NCBI GenBank assembly: GCA_047631715.1
Contig: JBLICC010000001.1
Span: 32,149-96,148, forward strand
From: Alteromonas naphthalenivorans
GTDB taxonomy: Bacteria > Babelota > Babeliae > Babelales > CAIQNR01
Direction of reading: 5' to 3'
DNA: 64,000 bases
Below the pieces are notes generated by a model that worked only from the letters and a program-made list of their open reading frames with translations, did not search any database and was not told where the DNA came from. Below, piece after piece: positions 1-9,224 of this stretch. A program made the translations under genes and the position numbers. How positions within the stretch are numbered: the stretch's first letter is position 1; each line of letters begins with the position of its first letter.

Positions 1-250
1 ATAAAAATCCTGGTATTTTACCAAGTCGGTTAAAAAAAGTTTTATAGTTTCCATCAAATAAAATTACGGCAATAAGCCCAATTACAGGGAGTAGTACTGC
101 TGTGGTTAAGAAACCTGCAATTCCCCAAATAAATTTATCACCAGAATTAACACCAGCTTGTACAGGAAACATAAGGTTAGCTGCACCAAAAAGCATAGAA
201 AAGATAGCTAAACCAGCAGTTACAACCGTAGATTTTAAAACATTTCTCAT
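1..250 (-). CDS. brnQ: Branched-chain amino acid transport system II carrier protein (5' part, runs off the window)
   Basis: Not in the ORF track. Manual translation from ATG at 250 gives MRNVFKSTVVTAGLAIFSMLFGAANLMFPVQAG...GFLTTAVLLPVIG, which matches the BrnQ N-terminal motif FSMxFGAGNLxFP. Confidence 0.88.
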   Translation of the reverse strand, partial: MRNVLKSTVVTAGLAIFSMLFGAANLMFPVQAGVNSGDKFIWGIAGFLTTAVLLPVIGLIAVILFDGNYKTFFNRLGKIPGFL

Positions 251-307
251 AAGAAAGTTCTTTCGAAAGTAAAAAAAAAAATTATATACTAAAAAAAGAG
301 GAAGAGA

Positions 308-445
308 TTAGAAAGCCACGAGAGTGGACATAATCATCATGACAATGACAAACATGACAGGCATAGAAGAAATAATCACAGAGTGTGATTGTAAAGAATT
401 TTTTTGGGTAAATTGGCTCGAACGATGTATATAGGACTCGTTCAT
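308..445 (-). CDS. 45-aa small ORF, putative leader peptide upstream of brnQ
   Basis: Strong RBS (GAGGAGG) then ATG at 445. Product MNESYIHRSSQFTQKNSLQSHSVIISSMPVMFVIVMMIMSTLVAF*. The stop lies 57 nt before the brnQ ATG and is followed by a pyrimidine/U-rich tract. Confidence 0.6.
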   Translation of the reverse strand: MNESYIHRSSQFTQKNSLQSHSVIISSMPVMFVIVMMIMSTLVAF

Positions 446-609
446 TGTTGCCTCCTCATCGTGTTTTTAAGGATTAATAATAAAAGTAAGAGTACCGTAG
501 ACTATAAAAAACTGCAAGTTTCTTTTAGGGTTTCGGTTGCAAAATAGGCCTAATGCCAGTATATCTTATCCAATATTTGTTCTCTTAGAAAACCAAGGGT
601 GGTAATTAA

Positions 610-3012
610 ATGAAGTACATTAAACAGTTTAAAAACTTACAGCTTAAAGATATTGCCCAAGTGGGTGGAAAGAACGCTTCTCTTGGTCAAATGATACAAG
701 ATCTTGGATCTCAAGGTGTTGCAGTACCGGGTGGATTTGCAGTAACCGCCGATGCATATCGATTTCATATAGCAGACAATATATTACTTGATGCTCTTAA
801 AAAACTTTTAAAGCCACTCAAAAAACAGGGTGATATCAAAAATTTAGCTCGAGTTGGGAAAAAGGCTCGAGAACTTATAGCCAAAGCGCCGTTGCCAAAA
901 AAATTGGTAGAAGAAATTACACAGGCTTATAAAAGTATGAGCAAAGAATCAGGAATCGATAATTGTTCGGTAGCTGTTCGTTCTTCGGCAACAGCAGAAG
1001 ATTTGCCTGATGCTTCTTTTGCCGGTCAACAAGAAACCTATCTTAATGTTTCAGGGGTCATAAATGTCTTAGAAGCATGTCGAAAGAGTATGGCCTCACT
1101 ATTTACCGACCGAGCAATTATTTATCGTATGGAGAAAGGATTCGATCATTTTGATGTTGCTCTTTCTGTGGGAGTACAGCATATGATTCGTTCTGATCTT
1201 GCTAGTGCAGGAGTTATGTTTACCATTGATACTGAGACTGGGTTTAAAGAAAGTGTGATTATTACGTCTTCGTATGGTTTGGGAGAAACAGTTGTAAAGG
1301 GAGAGGTAGTTCCTGATGAATTCCATGTTTTTAAGCCAACGCATAGAAAAGGTTTTCATTCTATTATTCGTAAAGAGTGCGGTAGTAAAAAAATAAAAAA
1401 AGTATTTGGTACTATTCGCAAACCAGTAGTTAATGAAAAAGTAGATCAAAAAGATGCTGTGCAGTTTTCTTTAACAGATGAAGAAGTTTTGCAATTAACC
1501 GATTTTGCAGTGACTATCGAAGATCATTATTCAAAGCTTAAGGGTTCATTTTGTCCAATGGATATTGAGTGGGCAAAAGATGGTAAGAATGGAAAATTAT
1601 ATATTGTGCAAGCACGTCCAGAGACAGTGCATACAATGCGCAAAAAAGGTCACGAAATTATTGATTACACAATCAAAAATAAAAAAGAAGCTCAAGTATT
1701 GGTTGAAGGTCAAAGCATTGGTCAATTAGTTGCACAAGGCAAAGCATGTATTATTCGGCATGTTAAAGACATAGAGAAAATGCGCAAAGGTGATGTTTTG
1801 GTTACCCGTATTACCGATCCTGATTGGGTTCCGATTATGAAGCAAGCCGCTGCTATTGTAACAGAAAGCGGTGGAAGAACGTGTCATGCTGCCATTGTAA
1901 GTCGTGAGCTTGGTATTCCTGCAATTGTTGGTGCTGCGGGTGCAATGAAAAAAATAAAGGATAGGGAAGAAGTCACTATCGATTGTAGCCAAGGTTCAGG
2001 TGGCATTGTATACAAAGGTGATCTTGCTATTAAAAAAACAGTTACTCAAGTAAAGAATATTAAAAAGCCACCGGTCAAAGTGTTGCTTAATATTGCATCG
2101 CCAGATCTTGCCTATAAACTTTCTGATTTGCCGGTTGATGGGGTTGGGTTAGCGCGTATAGAATTTATTATTGCGCATGATATTCAAATTCATCCTATGG
2201 CGTTTATAGATCCAAAAGCGATAACAGACAAAACAGTACAAAAGAAAATTGCTCAAAAAACTGTAGGTTATCAAGATCCACAAGATTATTTTATAGAAAA
2301 ACTTGCACAAGGTGTTGGAACCATTGCTGCTTCGTTTTATCCACGACCAGTAATCGTACGTTTTTCTGATTTTAAGAGTAATGAGTATCGTGGATTATTG
2401 GCAGGAGATGTATTTGAGCCACAAGAAGAAAACCCTATGATTGGGTGGCGTGGAGCGTCTCGTTATTATCATAAAAATTATCAACCAGCTTTTGAATTAG
2501 AATGTGAAGCATTAAGGTATGTACGTGAGTCGATGGGACTGGATAATGTGAGCGTGATGATTCCCTTTGTGCGTACGCTGGAAGAGGCAAAAAAGGTTAT
2601 CGCTATTTTAAAAAGTCGCGATCTTGAGTCTGGTAAAAATGGATTAAAAATTTACATGATGTGTGAATTGCCTTCTAATGTTTTATTAATCGATCAATTT
2701 GCAAAATACTTTGATGGATTTTCTATAGGGTCAAACGACCTAACACAAACAACACTATCGGTTGACCGTGATTCTGGATTGCTTTCAGCACTCTTTGATG
2801 AGCGAGATCCTGCGGTAAAAATTATGCTTGAGATGGCTATTAAAGGTGCACATAAGGCGAAAAAACCGATTGGTATTTGTGGGCAAGCGCCATCGGATCA
2901 TCCAGAAATTGCTGAGTTTTTAATCAAGCAAAAGATAGACTCTCTTTCATTAAACCCAGATACCGTGCTACCATTTTTATTATCTTTTAACTCAAAGGGG
3001 AGTGGGAAATGA
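610..3012 (+). CDS. ppsA: Phosphoenolpyruvate synthase
   Basis: 800 aa with VGGKNASLG, AVRSSATAEDLPDASFAGQQETYLN, the phospho-His motif GGRTCHAAIVSRELG, and FSIGSNDLTQ. Confidence 0.97.
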   Translation: MKYIKQFKNLQLKDIAQVGGKNASLGQMIQDLGSQGVAVPGGFAVTADAYRFHIADNILLDALKKLLKPLKKQGDIKNLARVGKKARELIAKAPLPKKLVEEITQAYKSMSKESGIDNCSVAVRSSATAEDLPDASFAGQQETYLNVSGVINVLEACRKSMASLFTDRAIIYRMEKGFDHFDVALSVGVQHMIRSDLASAGVMFTIDTETGFKESVIITSSYGLGETVVKGEVVPDEFHVFKPTHRKGFHSIIRKECGSKKIKKVFGTIRKPVVNEKVDQKDAVQFSLTDEEVLQLTDFAVTIEDHYSKLKGSFCPMDIEWAKDGKNGKLYIVQARPETVHTMRKKGHEIIDYTIKNKKEAQVLVEGQSIGQLVAQGKACIIRHVKDIEKMRKGDVLVTRITDPDWVPIMKQAAAIVTESGGRTCHAAIVSRELGIPAIVGAAGAMKKIKDREEVTIDCSQGSGGIVYKGDLAIKKTVTQVKNIKKPPVKVLLNIASPDLAYKLSDLPVDGVGLARIEFIIAHDIQIHPMAFIDPKAITDKTVQKKIAQKTVGYQDPQDYFIEKLAQGVGTIAASFYPRPVIVRFSDFKSNEYRGLLAGDVFEPQEENPMIGWRGASRYYHKNYQPAFELECEALRYVRESMGLDNVSVMIPFVRTLEEAKKVIAILKSRDLESGKNGLKIYMMCELPSNVLLIDQFAKYFDGFSIGSNDLTQTTLSVDRDSGLLSALFDERDPAVKIMLEMAIKGAHKAKKPIGICGQAPSDHPEIAEFLIKQKIDSLSLNPDTVLPFLLSFNSKGSGK

Positions 3013-3443
3013 AAAAACAATTATTTTTAATACTAATGCTTTCAGTTAGCCTCAACGCTGCTGATAGTCCAGAAGTGCAATCAGATTCAGATGGCGAAAC
3101 TATTTTGATATTTTCAAAAAAAGAGATGTATGATATGCGTACATCAGAACAAGCTATTATTGCATTGCAAGCAGCAAAAGGGCAGATTGGAAAAGAAAAA
3201 AAATCGCAGCAATGTGGAATGCTTATACTATCCAGCGACGGTGAATTTATGCGAATTGATCACAAGCAAGATGAACAAAAAAAGCCTGAAAAAAAAGACC
3301 TAGGTCAACAAGTTGATGATGATATTGATGCTGTAGTTAATGCGGTTTCCAATGCTATAGAAGGTGCGCTTGATACTGTTGATGATGCACTTGATTCTGT
3401 AGTTACTGGAGCAGAAAAAGCTTTGGATTGGTTGATTGGTTAA
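3009..3443 (+). CDS. Hypothetical secreted protein
   Basis: 144 aa with signal peptide MKKQLFLILMLSVSLNA. ATGA overlap with ppsA. Acidic amphipathic C-terminus. Confidence 0.75.
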   Translation: MKKQLFLILMLSVSLNAADSPEVQSDSDGETILIFSKKEMYDMRTSEQAIIALQAAKGQIGKEKKSQQCGMLILSSDGEFMRIDHKQDEQKKPEKKDLGQQVDDDIDAVVNAVSNAIEGALDTVDDALDSVVTGAEKALDWLIG

Positions 3444-3444
3444 T

Positions 3445-3762
3445 CTATCGATTGCCTGTGATCGTAGTTACTAAATCAACCGCGTAATCTTTAAATTTAT
3501 CAAAGTAACCTTCAACATCATCAACATCGTTTTCTAATTCTTCTTTAAAGGGCTTTTGGCTATGCCCATGCCCACACTCTAAACAAATGTTTTTCTCAGT
3601 CCGTGGTCCATTGCAATGACACGAGCAATCATCTATATGAAATTGAGCATTGCTGTGAATAACGCCAGTTTTAAAATCTTTTCTTTCCCATGATGTGCAA
3701 TGTGGTGATGCGTTTGAAAAGAAAGGTGCTAAAAGAAGTATGGTGAGTAGTAGTTTTTTCAT
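3445..3762 (-). CDS. Hypothetical secreted Cys/His-rich protein
   Basis: 105 aa with a signal peptide and the cluster CSCHC...CLECGHGH. Confidence 0.7.
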   Translation of the reverse strand: MKKLLLTILLLAPFFSNASPHCTSWERKDFKTGVIHSNAQFHIDDCSCHCNGPRTEKNICLECGHGHSQKPFKEELENDVDDVEGYFDKFKDYAVDLVTTITGNR

Positions 3763-3911
3763 GATGCGCTCGATTCAGACTGAAAACTTTCTTCAACTTC
3801 CCGTTTTTCTCTTGTGAGTTCTTCGTAATATGGTGTTGGGCAAGCCGTTAAGAATGTTTGAGCTACTAAAAATATACCGACAATAAATATAACGAAATGT
3901 ATAACCTTCAT
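3759..3911 (-). CDS. Small putative lipoprotein (50 aa)
   Basis: Below the ORF-track cut-off. Manual translation MKVIHFVIFIVGIFLVAQTFLTACPTPYYEELTREKREVEESFQSESSAS*. RBS AGGGGA, lipobox-like LTA-C, ATGA overlap with the next gene. Confidence 0.65.
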   Translation of the reverse strand: MKVIHFVIFIVGIFLVAQTFLTACPTPYYEELTREKREVEESFQSESSAS

Positions 3912-4046
3912 TTCCCCTATCTCCTTTTCTATAAATTACATTATAGAATTAAAGATACCATGATAGGTTTTCTAATTGCAATACTTTTTTAAAAAAATAA
4001 AAATCTCATTAAAAAGTGTTGTAAGAAAGGGATTTCTTATAACAAC

Positions 4047-4964
4047 TTAAACAATGTGTTCAATGTTTTTTGATTGATTATATATATAAGAATCGGCTGT
4101 TCCTAAATCTGCAATAAAGCTTTTTATATGGGGAGCATAAAGTGGATGCTGTAGAGCAAGTCCAATAATCGCTTTTATCCATCCTATTGGAGTTCCTACG
4201 TCATAACGCATAGATTGAACTTTGTAGGCAAAAACTTTTTCGTTGTTTTGGATCATATGGGCTATTGCATCGGTTAATTGAATTTCTTCTGTGCTATAAG
4301 TGCTTACATGATCAAGAGAGTTAAATACTTTGTGAGATAAAACATAGCGACCAATTATAGCAAGATTTGATGGAGCATCTTTTTGAGCAGGTTTTTCTAC
4401 AAGATTAGAAATTTGAAATAAATGTGGAGTGATCTGTTGCTTGATATCGATAACTCCATATGAAGAAATGCAATCAATAGGAACTTCTTGTACTGCAACA
4501 ACACTGCCTTTTTCTTGGCGAGCAATGCGCATAAGTTGACCAAGGGCAGATTGTTTTCCTACTAAAATATCGTCGGGAAGCATAACACCAAAATATTCTT
4601 TGTTAATACACTGTTCTGCCAATGAAACTGCGTGTCCAAGCCCAAGAGCTTCTGCTTGGCGAATATAGGTAAACTGCGTAGAGCGTGTTATTTTTTCGAG
4701 TCCTCGAAGTAAACCTTCTTTGTTATTTTCTTTTAGAAATTCATCAAGATCTGGTTTTGCATCAAAATAATCTCCCAGAGCTTGCTTTCCTGAGCTTGTG
4801 ATAATAATGTAATTTTTGATTGCTGCTTGTAAACCTTCTTCAATAATATATTGAATAGCGGGTTTTTCGAGCAATGGGAGCATCTCTTTGGGTACGGATT
4901 TGGTGAAAGGTAAAAAACGTGTTCCTTTACCAGCTGCTGGAATGACTACTTTTTCTATGTCCAT
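4047..4964 (-). CDS. galU: UTP--glucose-1-phosphate uridylyltransferase
   Basis: VIPAAGKGTRFLPFTKSVPKEMLP, GLGHAV, VEKP and EIQLTDAI motifs. Confidence 0.95.
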   Translation of the reverse strand: MDIEKVVIPAAGKGTRFLPFTKSVPKEMLPLLEKPAIQYIIEEGLQAAIKNYIIITSSGKQALGDYFDAKPDLDEFLKENNKEGLLRGLEKITRSTQFTYIRQAEALGLGHAVSLAEQCINKEYFGVMLPDDILVGKQSALGQLMRIARQEKGSVVAVQEVPIDCISSYGVIDIKQQITPHLFQISNLVEKPAQKDAPSNLAIIGRYVLSHKVFNSLDHVSTYSTEEIQLTDAIAHMIQNNEKVFAYKVQSMRYDVGTPIGWIKAIIGLALQHPLYAPHIKSFIADLGTADSYIYNQSKNIEHIV

Positions 4965-5004
4965 AGCAACGCTCCTTTAACTAATCTCTTTAATGAGTCT
5001 TTTT

Positions 5005-6039
5005 TTAGAACTGTTCCAGAAAAGATACCTGTCCTGAATGTAAAAGTCTAATATCGTTGATGCCGTATTTTAGCATTGCCAAACGTGTTAGTCCGCATCC
5101 AAAGGCAAATCCAGTGTACTTTTTAGAGTCTATTTTACATGCTTTTAAAACATTTGGATGTACTAATCCAGCACCAAGCATTTCTATCCAGCGTGTATGC
5201 TTACATGTTGCACAACCTTTGGTACAGAATGGACAGGTGATGTCGAACTCTATGCCTGGTTCAACAAATGGGAAAAATCCTGGACGAACACGAATAGAAA
5301 GTTTCTTACTATTGAATAATGTTTGTAAAAACGTTTTGAGGGTTGCAATCAAGTGAGACATAGAAATGTTTTCTGCAATAACCAATCCTTCAAGTTGCAT
5401 AAACATAAAATCGTGAGAAGCATCGGTTGCTTCATAACGATATGCGCGTCCGGGTACAATCAAAGCCAACGGAGGCTTTTTCTCTTTCATTGCATGAATT
5501 TGTACGGTCGAAGTATGCGTTCGCATTAAGAGTCCGGGGATATTCAACCAAAAGGTATCAAACATATCACGAGCAGGGTGATCGGCCGGAATATTTAAAG
5601 CATCAAAATTATATTCTTCAGTTTCAACTTCTGGGCCATCAAGAACTTCGTACCCCATCGATTTAAATATGGCACACACTTCTCGTGTAAGATGCGTGTA
5701 AGGGTGTAGAGATCCTCGAGATTGATCAGTTTTGTATGCGGTTACATCAAAGTGCTTATGTTTTTCTTCTTCTTGCTCAAAAGATTTTTCGAGTAAATCT
5801 TGTTGTTTGCTTAAAAAGAGATCTTCTACAGTCCGTTTAAGTTGATTAATTTGGGGACCAACTTCTCGTTTTTCTTCTACAGAAAGAGTTTTGAGTGTTG
5901 GCATTAATTGAGCAATCTTGCCTTTTCTTCCCAAAAATTCTACGCGTGCTTGTTCAAGATCTTTGGTTGATTTAACAGACTCAAGTGCTTTTTGAGATGC
6001 TTTTTGGAGAGAACTTATTTCCGAAAATATTTTTTTCAT
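5005..6039 (-). CDS. pheS: Phenylalanine--tRNA ligase alpha subunit
   Basis: NFDALNIPADHPARDM, MRTHTS, FPFVEPG, GAGLVHPNVL, GFAFGCGLTRLAMLKYGI. pheT is not adjacent. Confidence 0.97.
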   Translation of the reverse strand: MKKIFSEISSLQKASQKALESVKSTKDLEQARVEFLGRKGKIAQLMPTLKTLSVEEKREVGPQINQLKRTVEDLFLSKQQDLLEKSFEQEEEKHKHFDVTAYKTDQSRGSLHPYTHLTREVCAIFKSMGYEVLDGPEVETEEYNFDALNIPADHPARDMFDTFWLNIPGLLMRTHTSTVQIHAMKEKKPPLALIVPGRAYRYEATDASHDFMFMQLEGLVIAENISMSHLIATLKTFLQTLFNSKKLSIRVRPGFFPFVEPGIEFDITCPFCTKGCATCKHTRWIEMLGAGLVHPNVLKACKIDSKKYTGFAFGCGLTRLAMLKYGINDIRLLHSGQVSFLEQF

Positions 6040-6150
6040 GCTTTTGCCATCCGGGCTTTGTGATATCTTTTAGCTTATTCTGAAATACTAGCAGACCGAG
6101 CTAAGGTTGGCAATTTTAAGAAAGTAATGAAATAAGAATGGTTTGGAATT

Positions 6151-6225
6151 TGGTGCCGGGAGACGGAATCGGACCATCGACACTGTGCTCTTCAGGCACA
6201 TGCTCTACCACTGAGCTACCCCGGC
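6151..6225 (-). tRNA. tRNA-Phe (GAA)
   Basis: Reverse complement GCCGGGGTAGCTCAGTGGTAGAGCATGTGCCTGAAGAGCACAGTGTCGATGGTCCGATTCCGTCTCCCGGCACCA folds into a cloverleaf with anticodon GAA and an encoded CCA. Confidence 0.93.
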
Positions 6226-6268
6226 TACAACATGTTATTTATTACAATAACAGAGAAAAGATGTTCTT

Positions 6269-6296
6269 AAGGTACTATCCCCAGGTAATTTGTCAA
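6269..6296 (-). promoter_or_regulatory. Putative sigma70 promoter for tRNA-Phe/pheS
   Basis: Minus strand TTGACA, 16-nt spacer, TACCTT, upstream of the tRNA. Confidence 0.45.
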
Positions 6297-6408
6297 CAAT
6301 AATTAACCTTAAAAGTAAAATTTATGCTTAATTCTTCTCTTCTGTTTCTTAATATACTATGGTAAAAAACATAGTTTTTAAAAAAGGATGAGCAAGAGGT
6401 AGCAAGTT

Positions 6409-7059
6409 ATGAAACCAGTATCATTACAGAAACAGAGCGTCGCATGGTTCAAATTAGCTGAATGTGTGGGGCGTGGAGAAAAAGAACGAGCTTTGAGTTT
6501 ATTACGTCTTTTAACCTACTCTCTCGATAACAAACCATTTGTTAAGCAATTAGAAGCAGACATACTTTCATTTTTCGAAGATTCTCAGGCATTAACAGAA
6601 TATGTAAGCGCGGCTCATATGTTCTATAAAGAGGGTAATGTCATAGAAGCGAGCGCAGTGTATGAAAAGCTTATTGCGCTTGAGCAAAAGACAGAATTCT
6701 TAGAAAAAATTGTTATGCTTTATTCGGAACTTAAAGATGAGAGCAAAATTGTTTATTATCAAAAAAAGCTTTATTTAAAATATCTTTCTAATGGATTTGT
6801 TGCAAAAGCGATTGCGGTTCTCAAAGTATGCGAAGATCAGCTTGATGGAGCGGAAAAAATAGATATGTATAAAAAGCTTATCTTTGCCGCTATCACCCAT
6901 AAATATACACAGCAAAAAACCATCACAGAGTACTTGTATAAAGTTCTGGATGGTTTATTACGATTCGGTTCAGATGCGGAACTTCAATTATTTCTTTCTG
7001 ATCTTAAAGCGCTTAATGCCATGTGGCACAAAGATGCCGCTGAGTATTTAAAGCAATAA
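6409..7059 (+). CDS. Hypothetical alpha-helical (TPR-like) protein
   Basis: 216 aa with RBS GAGGT and a helical repeat pattern (AAHMFYKEGNVIEASAVYEKL). Confidence 0.65.
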   Translation: MKPVSLQKQSVAWFKLAECVGRGEKERALSLLRLLTYSLDNKPFVKQLEADILSFFEDSQALTEYVSAAHMFYKEGNVIEASAVYEKLIALEQKTEFLEKIVMLYSELKDESKIVYYQKKLYLKYLSNGFVAKAIAVLKVCEDQLDGAEKIDMYKKLIFAAITHKYTQQKTITEYLYKVLDGLLRFGSDAELQLFLSDLKALNAMWHKDAAEYLKQ

Positions 7060-7061
7060 TG

Positions 7062-8159
7062 TTAAAGTCCTAACTCTTTTAAGAACTCTTCTAGTTCGGT
7101 TCTTTGAGATGGGTTTCTATTTTTTAAAACATCTTCTTTTGTTCTTTGTTCTGTTAAAATTAAATTTAATAATTCTTCTTTCTTTTCTTGGCTTAGTGGA
7201 GTTGTTGCAGGTGCCGCAGCAGATGCAGCTTGGATGGCTACTGCTTTAGGGTTAATAGGTTTTGCTAGTGGGCAAGCTTGGCAAGAAAGTGTTTCATCAA
7301 TAGTTATTTTTGCGTTAGTAGTTAACTTAAATAGTATAGCTCCGGCTTCTTTTTGGTTTGCCATTAAACTTACAATACTTTGTTTTTTATTTTGTTTTGC
7401 TGTTTTTTCTAAAGTTGCTTGTAAGGTGTTAAAAACTTTTACTATTCCATGATTACCGTTTGGTGGATCTGCAAGAGCAAAAACAATGTTGGTGTTCTTT
7501 GTATCTTCAAGAAGTGATTCTTCAAAATCTTTACTCGAAGGAATAGGTATAATTTTTGTATACCCTGTATCTTTTTTTAGTTTTTCTAAAGATTTCTGTA
7601 CGTTTGCAGCAGTATATTGTGATTCATAAAGAGTATCTATCAAATATATATATATGTTTTCATTTTTTATACCTAATTTTGATAAAGCGGAAAGGTATAA
7701 ACTGTCTTGCAATAAGTATCCAGAACCTAAACTAATATAAGAAAGGGAGTCTTTTTGTTCGCATGTATGAATCGTTTGCAATGTCATAATAAGAGCATTA
7801 TAAACACGTTGCGGAATTCCAATACAATTACAGGAAAATAATTGTGGACCTGCTCCGGAAATGAATTTTCCTGAAGGAGTTAAGTTTTTTGCACCTATTT
7901 GTTTAAATAGAAATTGTATAAGAGTGCTGAGTGATTTGTTTTTATCTTTAAAGTAATCGGTTTTGTGTAACGTATTTATCTGATTTTGTTCAGAGGCGCT
8001 ATTAAGCGCATGATACAGTTCTTCTGGATTAAGATTATGTTCCCCGTGTTCTTTTGATAGTACATAGTGGTTAAGTTGAGCAACGTCTCTTTTATTGAGT
8101 GCTGCATGAGCTACAAAAGGTAGTGTTAGTAGTAAACTTAAAAATAGTTTTTTCATCAT
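7062..8159 (-). CDS. Hypothetical secreted protein with a possible class I SAM-methyltransferase-like core
   Basis: RBS GGAGGT places the start at MMKKLFL. Signal peptide; YISLGSG (motif I-like) and later IYLID. Confidence 0.6.
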   Translation of the reverse strand: MMKKLFLSLLLTLPFVAHAALNKRDVAQLNHYVLSKEHGEHNLNPEELYHALNSASEQNQINTLHKTDYFKDKNKSLSTLIQFLFKQIGAKNLTPSGKFISGAGPQLFSCNCIGIPQRVYNALIMTLQTIHTCEQKDSLSYISLGSGYLLQDSLYLSALSKLGIKNENIYIYLIDTLYESQYTAANVQKSLEKLKKDTGYTKIIPIPSSKDFEESLLEDTKNTNIVFALADPPNGNHGIVKVFNTLQATLEKTAKQNKKQSIVSLMANQKEAGAILFKLTTNAKITIDETLSCQACPLAKPINPKAVAIQAASAAAPATTPLSQEKKEELLNLILTEQRTKEDVLKNRNPSQRTELEEFLKELGL

Positions 8160-8189
8160 TTTAACCTCCATGGTTATTTATATTGTTTA

Positions 8190-8229
8190 AAAATAAGCAC
8201 ATAAGTAATTAAACTCATGTGCTTATTTT
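8190..8229 (-). terminator. Hairpin, putative intrinsic terminator
   Basis: Inverted repeat AAAATAAGCACAT...ATGTGCTTATTTT just after the stop of the 8235 gene. Confidence 0.6.
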
Positions 8230-8234
8230 AATTC

Positions 8235-9224
8235 TTATTTATTATCTTTTTGTATAGTCATTTTTGCTCCTGTAACCTTTGGCTTCGCTGGATATTTATT
8301 ATCTTGTTGTATAGTCATTTTTGCTCCTGTGAGATGATATTGTTCTCTTTCAGGCATCTCAGTTAGGCGGTCCGTTTGATATTCGCCATAAACAGCATGA
8401 GTAGATGTTATATTTTTAGGTTGAGCTTGATTGTATCTCTTCCAAGCTTTAGTACCTTTCATAAGTGCTTTAAGAGATTTTGATACCTCTAAAGCATTTT
8501 GGTATGCCTTCCAAATAAGGTTTTTATGTAATGCTTTTCTTGCAACTGCATATGTTGGATGTGCTTGTTTATATGCTGCAAATTCGGTTGGATTCATTAA
8601 GCTTCCATTTATATTAGCAAGTCCTGTTCCTACATCATTACGTTTATGTGTTGTTTTTATAAGTGGTTGATCTTCTTGATTTTGACACATACAAGTTATG
8701 TGAGATTTGGTACATGAACAGTTATAGCATGTTTTTTTATAGCTACCTTTAACGCACTGTGTACCTTTGGTTTGTTGTAGTAATGTTTCTAGAATTGTAT
8801 CTGGATTTGGTATTTCTACTGATGTATCGATAGGATCAATCGCATCGGCTTTTGTTTTAATTCCTATTGGGTTCGGTTTTGTTACATCAGCACATGCACA
8901 TGTTCTTCCTTTAACTTTACCTTTAGTAGTTTGATCTTGCATTCCTGAGGTCCATGTTTTGCCTATTTTTTTACATGCGGCGTTACAGGTATTTTTTGAA
9001 CATGGATAACTAGCATAAGATTTTCCAGAACTTTGCTCTATCTTATTACACTTCATGCCAATAGAAACGTGTGTAAAATTACTATAAGGATTAACATAAG
9101 GTTTAGAGGGATGTGCTTTTAAATATGCACGTTCTGCTGGGGATTGATAAACAGGTCCATGTGGTGCGGGCATTTTGTTTGCTACCAGTAATAGTGCGAT
9201 TCCTAATATAAGTTTCTTCATCAT
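8235..9224 (-). CDS. Secreted Cys-rich protein with CVNH-like and MVL-like lectin segments
   Basis: Signal peptide. GSYKKTCYNC...CQN...LANINGSL resembles a cyanovirin-N homology repeat. CNAACKKIGKTW...TCAC resembles MVL. C-terminal TGAKMTIQxDNK is duplicated. Confidence 0.55.
   Translation of the reverse strand: MMKKLILGIALLLVANKMPAPHGPVYQSPAERAYLKAHPSKPYVNPYSNFTHVSIGMKCNKIEQSSGKSYASYPCSKNTCNAACKKIGKTWTSGMQDQTTKGKVKGRTCACADVTKPNPIGIKTKADAIDPIDTSVEIPNPDTILETLLQQTKGTQCVKGSYKKTCYNCSCTKSHITCMCQNQEDQPLIKTTHKRNDVGTGLANINGSLMNPTEFAAYKQAHPTYAVARKALHKNLIWKAYQNALEVSKSLKALMKGTKAWKRYNQAQPKNITSTHAVYGEYQTDRLTEMPEREQYHLTGAKMTIQQDNKYPAKPKVTGAKMTIQKDNK

Noticed and set aside
6040..6150. T-box or pheM-type attenuator upstream of pheS
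   Set aside because: The 111-nt gap has no T-box consensus, Phe-rich leader or terminator hairpin.
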